Positions 54,577-63,578 of a DNA stretch of 64,000 nt are shown in pieces. Source of the stretch: Nitrospirota bacterium. Lineage in GTDB: Bacteria; Nitrospirota; Thermodesulfovibrionia; Thermodesulfovibrionales; JdFR-88. Position 1 is the stretch's first letter. The number at the start of each line of letters is the position of its first letter. Under the pieces are notes generated by a model. The model was not told where the DNA came from. It made no database searches and saw only the letters and a program-made list of their open reading frames with translations. Location of the stretch: assembly GCA_021840255.1 (NCBI GenBank), contig JAKBYX010000002.1, forward strand, positions 33,325 through 97,324, given 5' to 3'. A program made the translations under genes and the position numbers.

Positions 54577-54987
54577 TTATTCAGGCTCCAAATGGAGATT
54601 TTCTCTTATGGCTACCAGCAGCCTGTGTGATATGTATCTGTTGCCATCTTCGCCCACCTTTATCGAGAGCTCTGTTGCCCCAGCGGATATGGAGCTGAGC
54701 TCGCTGTTTGCCGCGTCTCCACTGGCAAGCTCGCCCAGGACCACGCCTGAAAGGCTGCCGCTTGCCGCCTTTGTTATTTTTACACCAAAATCCTTATATG
54801 CGGCAACCACGGCGGCCTGCACATCTGCGATGGGCCGTTCTATCCTGGAATTCAGGCGCCCTTCGTTGTAGATCTCGCTTCCGGTCGTCTGCTGGTTTTC
54901 ATATTCGATAACGCTGCATCCGCAGACAAGAATGGCGCAGAAGGCCACGGCAAGAATAAGGAAAAACCTGTTTTTTTTCATTTTCAT
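54577..54987 (-). CDS. small lipoprotein (DUF3568-like)
   Basis: Lipobox ..AILVCGCS. The ...LSIKVGEDGNRYISHRLL.AI pattern resembles the DUF3568 IRVG.fGD motif. Confidence 0.55.
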   Translation of the reverse strand: MKMKKNRFFLILAVAFCAILVCGCSVIEYENQQTTGSEIYNEGRLNSRIERPIADVQAAVVAAYKDFGVKITKAASGSLSGVVLGELASGDAANSELSSISAGATELSIKVGEDGNRYISHRLLVAIRENLHLEPE

Positions 54988-55101
54988 TTGCCTTTTGCCA
55001 GGCCCTCCTTCCAGCCCAATTATTACAGGGATTTAAGGCACAGTCAATTTCTTGGTTTCTTGGTTCGATACCCTGCTAGCTTGCTACAGGGTGATTCATT
55101 T

Positions 55102-56550
55102 TTATTTTTTTGACAGGATTTTTGCCAGGTCTGCGGCGAAAAGGGAAAGCGATTCGTCCCTCGCGCCCATGATAACGAAGCTGTCCCACTGGCCGGCCAT
55201 ATCCAGCACATCCTGCCTGCCGGAGACGGCGGCGGCGGACTTCCCCGTCTCCCGCACCCCGCAGGCGATGTCCTCGCTGGTGATGTCCATGCTCACCGTT
55301 CCGCCCTGGTAAAAAATGGGCAGCAGGACAAGCTGGTCTTCCTTCCGCAGGTTTTGGGCGAAGGCCTCTATGTACTCTTTTTTCATCATCCTGACCGGGC
55401 CGAAACCGTGGGGCTGGAAAACGTAGCATACCCGGTTTTTGACGGCCCTTATGGCCTCCATGAAGCAAGCGATCTTGTGGGGATTATGGGCGTAGTCGTC
55501 TATAACGAGCTTTCCCCCCTCGTTCAGGTGCACGTCGAACCGCCTGTCTATCCCGGTGAACCTGGACATGGGCTCCGAGATCGTACCAAGCGGAACGCCC
55601 AGCGTATAGAGCACGGCGATGGCCGAAAGCGCGTTATAGATGTTGTAAATGCCTGGAAGGTTGATTGTGAAGTCAACTCCGTCAACCGTGAACTGGGAGC
55701 CGAAAGGCCCAAGCCGGATCTGGCTGGCCATGAACCATGCGGTCGAATGGATGCCGAACGTTACCGCCCCTTCAAGAGAAAGCCCGCGCAGATTGCTGTC
55801 ATCGGCATTTATTATCACGTTGCCCCTGGTGTTTTGGGCAAGGGCCCTGAACATAAGAGCGGTCTCCTCTATCCCCTTATGGTCCACGTCCAGATTGAGG
55901 ATGACCGAGTGGAGCGGCCTGTAGTTCACGATGCTGCCATCGGACTCGCACGCCTCCAGCACTAACCACTCGGAGTTGCCCTTGGGCCATTCAGGTTCAC
56001 CTTTGCGCCATTCGGGTTTACATTCGGACATCCCGCCGGTATTCAAAAAATCCGTGTTTGCAAGGGAGTTGCCAGGGTTGCCCCCATTTTTAAAAGCCTT
56101 CACCCTTCCGCCCCCTATGAAATTGGGCCCCAACCCCAGTTCCCTCATAAGGAAAGCCAGAAATCCGGAGGCGGTCGATTTGCCGCTTGTACCTGCTATG
56201 GCGATCGTTTTAAACCCGGCTGCAAGCTCCGCCAGATATTGGGGCCTGGTTTTCAGGAGGACCCCTGTGGAGCGGGCCTTCACTACCTCCGGAGTCCCTT
56301 CCTCAACCGCCGTGCTCATCACCGCAAGATCAAGAGAGCCGTTTATTCCGGAGCCGTTCTGGGGCAGTATCCTGATATTCTTTCCCTTCAGAAATTTCGC
56401 CACAGGGTGTGCGGGGTCTAGGTCAAAGGCCCTGTCCGAGCCGCTTACCTCGTGTCCCCTGTCAGCCATGAAGCAGGCGATGGCCGAAACTCCGCTTCCG
56501 CCTATGCCTGAGAAAAATATCTTCAAGTGATTTTTTGGATTTTTTTCCAT
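55102..56550 (-). CDS. Mur ligase family protein (MurC/Mpl-like)
   Basis: N-terminal FFSGIGGSGVSAIACFMADRGHEVSGSD, P-loop IAGTSGKST, LEACESDGS and a C-terminal Mur ligase domain. I cannot separate MurC from Mpl by eye. It is not in a dcw context. Confidence 0.75.
   Translation of the reverse strand: MEKNPKNHLKIFFSGIGGSGVSAIACFMADRGHEVSGSDRAFDLDPAHPVAKFLKGKNIRILPQNGSGINGSLDLAVMSTAVEEGTPEVVKARSTGVLLKTRPQYLAELAAGFKTIAIAGTSGKSTASGFLAFLMRELGLGPNFIGGGRVKAFKNGGNPGNSLANTDFLNTGGMSECKPEWRKGEPEWPKGNSEWLVLEACESDGSIVNYRPLHSVILNLDVDHKGIEETALMFRALAQNTRGNVIINADDSNLRGLSLEGAVTFGIHSTAWFMASQIRLGPFGSQFTVDGVDFTINLPGIYNIYNALSAIAVLYTLGVPLGTISEPMSRFTGIDRRFDVHLNEGGKLVIDDYAHNPHKIACFMEAIRAVKNRVCYVFQPHGFGPVRMMKKEYIEAFAQNLRKEDQLVLLPIFYQGGTVSMDITSEDIACGVRETGKSAAAVSGRQDVLDMAGQWDSFVIMGARDESLSLFAADLAKILSKK
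55966..56028 (-). repeat. three degenerate tandem 21-nt coding repeats inside the Mur ligase gene
   Basis: The plus-strand units are CCACTCGGAGTTGCCCTTGGG / CCATTCAGGTTCACCTTTGCG / CCATTCGGGTTTACATTCGGA. They encode KPEWRKG-EPEWPKG-NSEW. Confidence 0.7.
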
Positions 56551-56567
56551 TTTCTTTTGTGTTTTTT

Positions 56568-57446
56568 TTACGGAGACGGCTGCTGGTTCTGGGGAGATAT
56601 CTCGTTTATTTTCTGCTGTCCGGCCATGGAAGACGGGCTGGAGGAGGAATTGGATAAAGGAACGTCTGAGTTCGAGACAGCTGCGGGTGATGCCGAGTTT
56701 TGGACGCCGCCCGGCCCTTCCTTCTCCATGACGCTTACCGCCTGGTCCAGCTCCCTGACCACGCCGCGCTTCACCATTATGTCATAGATGGCCTTTGAGC
56801 GGCGCTTTACAAAGCCGGTTGGTCTCAACGGGGAGAACCTGATAGGGTTTGGCAGGATTGATACAAGCCGCGCAGCCTCACTGGGCGTAAGCGCACTGGC
56901 CGGTTTCCCAAAGTAATGGTAGGATGCGGCCCCGATGCCAAAGATCCCGTCGCCCCACTCGGCAACGTTCAGGTAGAGCTCAAGAATCCTTCTTTTGGAT
57001 AAGTCCCTGTTGAGCCTCCATGCCAGTATGGCCTCCTTCATTTTCCTCAGAAGGTTCTTCGATGGCGAGAGGTACAGGTTTCTGGCCAACTGCTGGGTTA
57101 TGGTGCTTGCCCCGAATTTGAACCTGCCCGCCTTGATGTCCTTCACCATTGCGGCCTCCATCGCGTCAAAATCGAACCCGTTATTGCGCCAGAACCGGTC
57201 GTCCTCGCTTATGAGGACCGCCTTTTTCAGATAAGGCGATATCCTTGAATATGGCACCCATCTCTGGACAATTTTTTTATCATAAAGACCCTCTTTCCTC
57301 CACTGCTTTTCCCTGTAGAGCATAAAGGCGGTCTTTCCGGGGCGTTTTTCTTTCAGGGCAGCTACATCCGGGTAGAAAAAATAAACGCATGTGTCCAGGA
57401 CCAAAAGCGCCAGGAGGACACCGATAACAACCTTTATTTTTTTCAT
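56568..57446 (-). CDS. mtgA: monofunctional peptidoglycan glycosyltransferase (GT51)
   Basis: N-terminal TM helix, then ISEDDRFW.H.GFD, STITQQLA.N and RILELYLNVAEWG motifs. The C-terminus is Ser/Pro-rich. Confidence 0.85.
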   Translation of the reverse strand: MKKIKVVIGVLLALLVLDTCVYFFYPDVAALKEKRPGKTAFMLYREKQWRKEGLYDKKIVQRWVPYSRISPYLKKAVLISEDDRFWRNNGFDFDAMEAAMVKDIKAGRFKFGASTITQQLARNLYLSPSKNLLRKMKEAILAWRLNRDLSKRRILELYLNVAEWGDGIFGIGAASYHYFGKPASALTPSEAARLVSILPNPIRFSPLRPTGFVKRRSKAIYDIMVKRGVVRELDQAVSVMEKEGPGGVQNSASPAAVSNSDVPLSNSSSSPSSMAGQQKINEISPQNQQPSP

Positions 57447-57460
57447 GCGTTTTTTCTTTT

Positions 57461-58087
57461 TTAGGACTTCTTTACAAAATCGCCGAAGGCCTTGAGGATT
57501 TCAAGCCCCGTTGCCTGGCTTTTTTCCGGATGGAACTGCACGGCAAATACGTTGTCCTTCCAGACCATGGAGGTGTACTCTATCCCGTATTCGGTGGTCG
57601 TGGCCGTTATGGCGGGGTCTTCCGGAGCGACGTAATAGGAATGGACAAAATAGAAGCTCGCCCCGTCAGGCCCGTCAGGAATGTCCGCAAGTATGGGGGG
57701 ACGTTTTTTAATGTTAATGGTGTTCCAGCCCATGTGCGGGACTTTAAGTTCGGGATTTTCCGGAAATCGCAGGACTTTTCCCTTAAAGACGTCAAGCCCT
57801 TTGTGTATGCCAAATTCGTGGGATTCGGTAAATAACAACTGAAGCCCCAGGCAGATGCCCAGGAAGGGCTTCCCGGCTTCTATGGACCTTACAATGGGCC
57901 CGGCCAGTCCCTGCTCCTCCAGGTTCCTCATGCAGTCCCTGAATGCCCCGACGCCTGGGAGCACTACCCCACTGGCCTCCCGGACGTCCGCGGGGCTGTT
58001 CACCACGCGTGCCTCCACGCCCACCTTGGAGAACCCCTTCTGGACGCTCCTTAAGTTCCCCATGCCGTAATCGATGATAGCGATCAT
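57461..58087 (-). CDS. hisH: imidazole glycerol phosphate synthase, glutaminase subunit
   Basis: IAIIDYGMGNLRSV, LPGVGAF, GICLGLQLL and the VQFHPEKS triad motifs. No other his genes are adjacent. Confidence 0.9.
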   Translation of the reverse strand: MIAIIDYGMGNLRSVQKGFSKVGVEARVVNSPADVREASGVVLPGVGAFRDCMRNLEEQGLAGPIVRSIEAGKPFLGICLGLQLLFTESHEFGIHKGLDVFKGKVLRFPENPELKVPHMGWNTINIKKRPPILADIPDGPDGASFYFVHSYYVAPEDPAITATTTEYGIEYTSMVWKDNVFAVQFHPEKSQATGLEILKAFGDFVKKS

Positions 58088-58280
58088 TACGAACTAATTA
58101 TAACTCAAAGAAGAGGTCTTCCGGCAAATGGCGCTGCGACTGTGTCTTAGATGATAAATGCCAGCAGACCCAGGCGGCTTTCGCTTTTTGGGCTTCTTTT
58201 GGACCAATGCATGGTCTCTTTCTGCAGGCGCGCGCCTTAACTCATGGCGGCGTTTTGTGAAAGAGGGTTATAATTTAGAT

Positions 58281-59117
58281 ATGGCTATATCCAAACAGAA
58301 AAATCTACCAAAAAATCTAAAAGTTCAGGAGTTCATGGCGATAAAAGAGGAGCCCTATTACCTGCCCATGGGCAAGGAAATAAAGCTCTTCGAGGCGGCC
58401 TGCAAGAACATGATACCGGTGCTGCTGAAGGGCCCTACCGGCTGCGGCAAGACCCGCTTCATGCTCCACATGGCGTGGAAGCTTGGAAGGCCGCTGGTGA
58501 CGGTCTCCTGCCATGACGACCTTACCGCCTCGGACGTGGTGGGCAGGTGCCTGGTAAAGGGCGGCGAGACCATCTGGGTTGACGGCCCGCTTTCACGGGC
58601 GGTCAAGGCAGGGGGCATCTGCTATCTGGATGAGATAGTGGAGGCCAGGAAAGACACAACGGTTGTCATCCACCCCCTGGCTGACGACAGGCGCATATTG
58701 CCCGTTGAAAAAAGAGGGGAAACGCTTACCGCGCCGCCAGAGTTCATGCTCGCCATCTCATACAACCCCGGCTACCAGAGCGTCCTTAAGGAGCTTAAGC
58801 AGAGCACAAGGCAGAGGTTCATGGCCCTTGAGTTCAAATATCCGCCGGAGGAACTGGAGGTAGAGATAATAAGGCATGAGTCCGGGGCGGACGAGGCCCT
58901 GGCAAAAAAGCTTGTCATGTTCGCGGGCAAAACGCGGAACCTCAAGGACCGCGGACTCACCGAGGGCGCAAGCACAAGGCTTCTGGTGCACGCCGCAAGG
59001 CTCATAAATTCAGGTATCGAGCCGGTAAAGGCGTTCGAGGCCGCCATCAGCCTGTCCCTTACCGACGACGCGGAGATGCTTGAGACGCTGTCCGAGATCC
59101 TGGACTCAATACTTTAA
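58281..59117 (+). CDS. CbbQ/NirQ/NorQ/GpvN-family MoxR-type AAA+ ATPase
   Basis: Walker A LLKGPTGCGKTRF, Walker B ICYLDEIVEA and the family pattern ..LTASDVVGR......G.T.W.DGPL..A...G. I chose the start at the ATG at 58281; the track ORF begins at 58158. Confidence 0.85.
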   Translation: MAISKQKNLPKNLKVQEFMAIKEEPYYLPMGKEIKLFEAACKNMIPVLLKGPTGCGKTRFMLHMAWKLGRPLVTVSCHDDLTASDVVGRCLVKGGETIWVDGPLSRAVKAGGICYLDEIVEARKDTTVVIHPLADDRRILPVEKRGETLTAPPEFMLAISYNPGYQSVLKELKQSTRQRFMALEFKYPPEELEVEIIRHESGADEALAKKLVMFAGKTRNLKDRGLTEGASTRLLVHAARLINSGIEPVKAFEAAISLSLTDDAEMLETLSEILDSIL

Positions 59118-61643
59118 ATGGGGAAAGACGAAAAACAAAAACCCTCTTTACCTCCCGCAACAAAAGGCGAAGATGAAAATAGATCAGCAGGAAAAGTAAA
59201 AAGCCTGGAAGAACAAGGGAAAAAACCGTTGCCTCAAAAATGCATCCCCACCCCTGTCTACCCTGAACAAAAGCATCTGAAAGAAAAAAGCGGGGATTAC
59301 GCCTGCCTTAAGGACGAGCTGGCCAGGAATTTGAGGCTCAATTTTTTTGAGGAGGCGGAGATAGAAAAACTGCTTGGCGGGATCGACGCCTTCGTGGACA
59401 AAAAACTTTCCCGCAAGGTGGCGGCGCTTTGCTGCCAGCTTTCAAACACGAGCTCCAACCTGGTTGAAAGGACGCTTGGGCACATAAGGAGCGCGCAGGC
59501 CGCGCTGCACGGGGCGGAGCTTGAGACCTGGCTGTCCCGGGCGTTCGACCTGCTTGATTCTTCAGGGCTGCAGCAGGCGGTAAGTTTCATCTCAAAAAGC
59601 GGGCCGGACGATCTGGAAAAGATATTTGGAAACAACTTTGCGGTGAAGCTGGAAAGCGTCTCATCCAGGCTGGAGCTGTACCTGAAGGGCATCTCCGGCA
59701 TGGACTTCCGGGTTGCGGCATCCGGCCTAAAAAACGTCTGCTATACCGATTCTTCCACGATATACCTGCCCGAGCGGCTGGATACGTTCTGCGGGCCCGG
59801 AGAGAACAAAAACCTCCTTTTATACAGGCTCATGGCGGCCCACAAATGGGCGCAGGTGGCCGAAGGCACACTGGCCCCTGGATTTGAAGGCACATCCTCC
59901 CTTGAAAACTCCGGATACAAAAAACCCTCAGCAGCGATGGAGGCGGAAGCGCCCACCAACCCCCTTGAGCGGTTTCTGTTTTTTGCAGCCTTCGGGGACA
60001 GGGATTTTGCCCTGGACCTCTACAATATCCTTGAGGCCATCAGGCTGGATTCCTTTTTGAAAAAGGAGACCCCTGGGCTTTTTGAAAAAGCAAAAAGCCT
60101 GAGGCTGATGCTTCTTGAAAACAGGGACCTTCCCGCTGAGCTGTCGCAAAAAGAGAAAGAGAAAAAAACCTTTATTGAGGGCCTTTTTGAGCTTTATCTT
60201 GCCGAGGGGGCTGAAGACGCTCCTTACAAGATGCCCTCTGACGAAATGCTTTTGCCGCGGAAAATATGGAGTGAGGCCCGGAAACATAGGTACGCCGGGG
60301 AGTCCGCCCTGGCGGCTTTTGAACTCTGCCGGATGGCGGCGGATATTTTTTCTTTTTCCGCTCCCGGCAGCTATGAACCGGCAGACCTGCTTTTTATAGG
60401 CCGGCTAAGGCCTGATGAAGTGGCCCGGGAGGAATACGCCAGGCAGCTTGCCCTTCAAAGGAAGTTTGAGGGGATAGTGGCCAAGATAATGGAAATGCCG
60501 GAGATGCTGCCAGAGCCCGCCAGGTCCGGGGAGAAAAAACGCGCTCCGTTCAAGCCGCCGGAACCGGGCAAGACGTATCTGCTTATAAGGGGAAAGCTAA
60601 TAGAGCTTGAGGAAGAGATGCTGCGGAAGATATCAGCCGGCGGCAGCCCGGCTTCCGGAGGGGTTTTGGTGGACGGGGCCGCGGCCGGTGGCAGGCACGT
60701 CTACAGGCTGTCTGATCTTTTTGATCTTGCCGGGAAGGAGGAGCCCCCCGGGGCCTCCGTGGAAAAGGCAAGTGGCCTTAAATATGATGAGTGGGACTAT
60801 CGGCGCGGCGGATACAGAAAGGGTTGGTGCACTCTTTATGAACAGGATGTCCATGCGGGGCATGGGCCGTTCGTGGAGCAGACGTTAAAGAGATATGGGG
60901 GATATGTCACCGCGCTCAGAAACAAGTTTGAGCTTCTCAGGCGGGAGCCGCGGCTTCTTCGCCGCCAGATGGACGGTGAGGACATAGATATGGACGCGAT
61001 GGTGGAGGCCTTGGCCGACATGAAAGCAGGCCTTCTTCCCTCGGGAGAAGACCTCTTTGTCAGGTACGAAAGGAAGGAGCGGGACATCGCGGCGCTTTTT
61101 CTTCTGGACATGAGCGGATCTACAAAGGGATGGGTGAACCAGGCGGAGAAAGAGTCCGTGGTTCTCATGTGCGAGGCCCTTCAGGCCCTTGGCGACAGAT
61201 ACGCCATATATGGATTTTCAGGCATGACCAGGGGCAGGTGCGATTTCTACAGGATAAAGAGTTTTGAGGAGGTGTTCGGACCTGCGGTAAAAAAGAGGAT
61301 AGCGGGCATAGACCCCAAGGATTACACCAGGATGGGGCCCGCCATAAGACACGCCAACTCAATACTGGAGAAGACCGGTGCAAAGACGAGGCTCCTCATC
61401 GTGCTTAGCGACGGCAAGCCGGAGGACTATGACGCCTACAAGGGGGATTACGGCGTGGAGGACACCAGAAAGGCCCTGATGGAGGCCAGGGAGCGGGGGG
61501 TTCATCCGTTCTGCATCACGATAGACAAGGAGGCCCGCTCATATCTTCCCCGCATGTATGGGGCCGCAAATTATATACTTATAGACAACGTAAGGAAACT
61601 GCCCGGCCGGATACCGGAGATATACCGGAGACTTACTGCATGA
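59118..61643 (+). CDS. CbbO/NorD-like protein with C-terminal von Willebrand A domain
   Basis: 841 aa. The C-terminal VWA has the MIDAS motif (FLLDMSGST), ..LIVLSDGKPED and ..HPFCITID. The gene starts 1 nt after the AAA+ gene. Confidence 0.75.
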   Translation: MGKDEKQKPSLPPATKGEDENRSAGKVKSLEEQGKKPLPQKCIPTPVYPEQKHLKEKSGDYACLKDELARNLRLNFFEEAEIEKLLGGIDAFVDKKLSRKVAALCCQLSNTSSNLVERTLGHIRSAQAALHGAELETWLSRAFDLLDSSGLQQAVSFISKSGPDDLEKIFGNNFAVKLESVSSRLELYLKGISGMDFRVAASGLKNVCYTDSSTIYLPERLDTFCGPGENKNLLLYRLMAAHKWAQVAEGTLAPGFEGTSSLENSGYKKPSAAMEAEAPTNPLERFLFFAAFGDRDFALDLYNILEAIRLDSFLKKETPGLFEKAKSLRLMLLENRDLPAELSQKEKEKKTFIEGLFELYLAEGAEDAPYKMPSDEMLLPRKIWSEARKHRYAGESALAAFELCRMAADIFSFSAPGSYEPADLLFIGRLRPDEVAREEYARQLALQRKFEGIVAKIMEMPEMLPEPARSGEKKRAPFKPPEPGKTYLLIRGKLIELEEEMLRKISAGGSPASGGVLVDGAAAGGRHVYRLSDLFDLAGKEEPPGASVEKASGLKYDEWDYRRGGYRKGWCTLYEQDVHAGHGPFVEQTLKRYGGYVTALRNKFELLRREPRLLRRQMDGEDIDMDAMVEALADMKAGLLPSGEDLFVRYERKERDIAALFLLDMSGSTKGWVNQAEKESVVLMCEALQALGDRYAIYGFSGMTRGRCDFYRIKSFEEVFGPAVKKRIAGIDPKDYTRMGPAIRHANSILEKTGAKTRLLIVLSDGKPEDYDAYKGDYGVEDTRKALMEARERGVHPFCITIDKEARSYLPRMYGAANYILIDNVRKLPGRIPEIYRRLTA

Positions 61644-61792
61644 AAAGCGGAAGATTAATTTCAATCGTCTCAAAACAAGAGGGGTCTGTCTGAAAAACGA
61701 GAGATAAAATAAACAGGAAAATAAAAATAAAAAGATCGGGGAGATTCAAAAATGGCGAAGACACTTTTTGCAAAGAGAAGGCGGGCAGCTTA

Positions 61793-62989
61793 ATGGAGCA
61801 CATCAGGATCGGGAAGACAAAAAGGCTGCTCGCCGGACACCAGTGGGTCTTTTCAAACGAGCTTGCCCAGAGCCCCGCGGGTTTCACGCCGGGGCAGCTC
61901 GTCGAGCTCCATGATAACAGGGACAATTTTCTTGGGGTGGGATATGTAAATCCTCATAGTCTTATCGCCATCCGTGTTCTCACCAGGGAGCGTGAGGAAA
62001 TAGACGCGGCGTTTTTCAGGAAACGTATGCTGGAGGCGGCCCGTTTCCGGGAGAGTTTTTTTGTCAAAGGGGCCAATGCCTTCCGGCTGATCTACAGCGA
62101 GTCCGACCGCCTGCCGGGCCTCATAGTGGACAAATACAACGACGTCCTGTCCGTACAAATACTCACCGCCGGGATGGAGGCGCTGAAGGAGATGGTGCTC
62201 GAAAGTCTGCACGGTCTTTTTTCTCCCAGGGCGATAGTCTTTAGGAATGACAGCCGGATGAGGACGCTTGAAGGGTTGCCTCTTTACAAGAAGGTAGCGA
62301 AAGGGGAACTTGGTCCGTTGCCCGTAATAGAAGAGGAAGGCGTGATGTTCGAGGTAGACCCGCTGGAGGGGCAAAAGACAGGTTTTTTCCTGGACCAGCG
62401 CGAAAACAGGGCCGCCCTGAAAAAGATAATCCGGGAAGGCAGAGGGCTGGACCTCTTTTCATACGCGGGCGGATGGGGGGTGCACCTGGCGCATTCCGGG
62501 GCCCATGAGGTCACCTGTGTGGACGAATCGGAAAAGGCGCTCGCCATGGCAAAAAGAAACGCGGAGCTTAACGGCCTGGCGGGGAAGATGGAGTTCTTGA
62601 AGGCGGACGTCTTTGATTTTTTAAAGGAGAGGGCAAGGGCGGACGGGGAAAAAAAAGACAAGGACAGAAAATATGATTTCGTAGTGCTGGACCCTCCTGC
62701 GTTCGTAAAGAGCGGGAAAAAACTGAAAGAGGCGGTAAAGGCCTACACGACCTTAAACGGCTTGTGCATGCGGCTTTTAAAACCGGGGGGGGTGCTGGCC
62801 ACTTCTTCCTGCTCGTGGCACCTGGGCCAGGCGGAGTTTATGGAGATGCTCAGGGATGCCGCGCACAGGCATGCGGAAGGCAGAAAGATAAACCTGCTTG
62901 AGCTTCGCTTCCAGGGGAGGGACCATCCCGCGCTGCTTTCGATGCCGGAGACGGGGTATCTCAAATGCGCCTTTCTGGTGGCTGGCTGA
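61793..62989 (+). CDS. rlmI: 23S rRNA (cytosine-C5) methyltransferase RlmI-like (PUA + class I MTase)
   Basis: N-terminal PUA-like segment (GHQWVFSNEL), then RLIYSESDRLPGLIVDKY, GQKTGFFLDQRENR and VLDPPAF. Confidence 0.8.
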   Translation: MEHIRIGKTKRLLAGHQWVFSNELAQSPAGFTPGQLVELHDNRDNFLGVGYVNPHSLIAIRVLTREREEIDAAFFRKRMLEAARFRESFFVKGANAFRLIYSESDRLPGLIVDKYNDVLSVQILTAGMEALKEMVLESLHGLFSPRAIVFRNDSRMRTLEGLPLYKKVAKGELGPLPVIEEEGVMFEVDPLEGQKTGFFLDQRENRAALKKIIREGRGLDLFSYAGGWGVHLAHSGAHEVTCVDESEKALAMAKRNAELNGLAGKMEFLKADVFDFLKERARADGEKKDKDRKYDFVVLDPPAFVKSGKKLKEAVKAYTTLNGLCMRLLKPGGVLATSSCSWHLGQAEFMEMLRDAAHRHAEGRKINLLELRFQGRDHPALLSMPETGYLKCAFLVAG

Positions 62990-63029
62990 AGGGGACTTTT
63001 TGGGGATTCATTTAAAAGGCTGTTCTCCT

Positions 63030-63578
63030 TTACCTCACGGGGACAAAAGGCGTGTGATTTTCCTGTCCCCCACCGGCCGGTTTTATGGCAGGGTTAAGCT
63101 CTATCCATGCGCTTACTATCCCTTTCCCCTTAAGCCAGTAGCTTGTGTCCAGGATGTCGCTTATCCCGTAGACGAACGGCTGGTAAAGGGGCCTTATCTC
63201 ATAGCCTATGACCGTGCCATCCGGCCCTAATATCCTGGACTGCCTTGTCCAGAGAAAGTTTGGATTTGTGGCGCTGAAAAAACGCACAACCATATTCAGG
63301 GCTTCCGGCGCGTCCACATCTTTTACGACCCTGTAATCAAACGGCGGGGCATAAGGCACAATTTTATAAGGACCTCCCTCGATGCCCATGATAGCCACGG
63401 TATAGAGGTCCTCCGAGTACCTTCCGCCATAAAGGATCAGGTTATAGCGCAGGTTTTTTTGTATCCGGCCGCCTGGCTCTACCTCCAGCCTTGTCCCTGT
63501 TGCGCACGACTGGAGCGCGCACGCCAGGACCATCAGGGCCGCAGGGACAAGGAAGGCCCGAACGGCTGAGACCTTCAT
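63030..63578 (-). CDS. hypothetical lipoprotein
   Basis: Signal peptide with lipobox (MVLACALQSCATG). No family recognised. Confidence 0.5.
   Translation of the reverse strand: MKVSAVRAFLVPAALMVLACALQSCATGTRLEVEPGGRIQKNLRYNLILYGGRYSEDLYTVAIMGIEGGPYKIVPYAPPFDYRVVKDVDAPEALNMVVRFFSATNPNFLWTRQSRILGPDGTVIGYEIRPLYQPFVYGISDILDTSYWLKGKGIVSAWIELNPAIKPAGGGQENHTPFVPVR

Noticed and set aside
55061-55072. GGTTCGATACC, resembling a tRNA T-loop
   Set aside because: The flanks cannot form a T-stem, acceptor stem or anticodon arm. It is part of a short hairpin (ACCCTG...CAGGGT) between two minus-strand genes.
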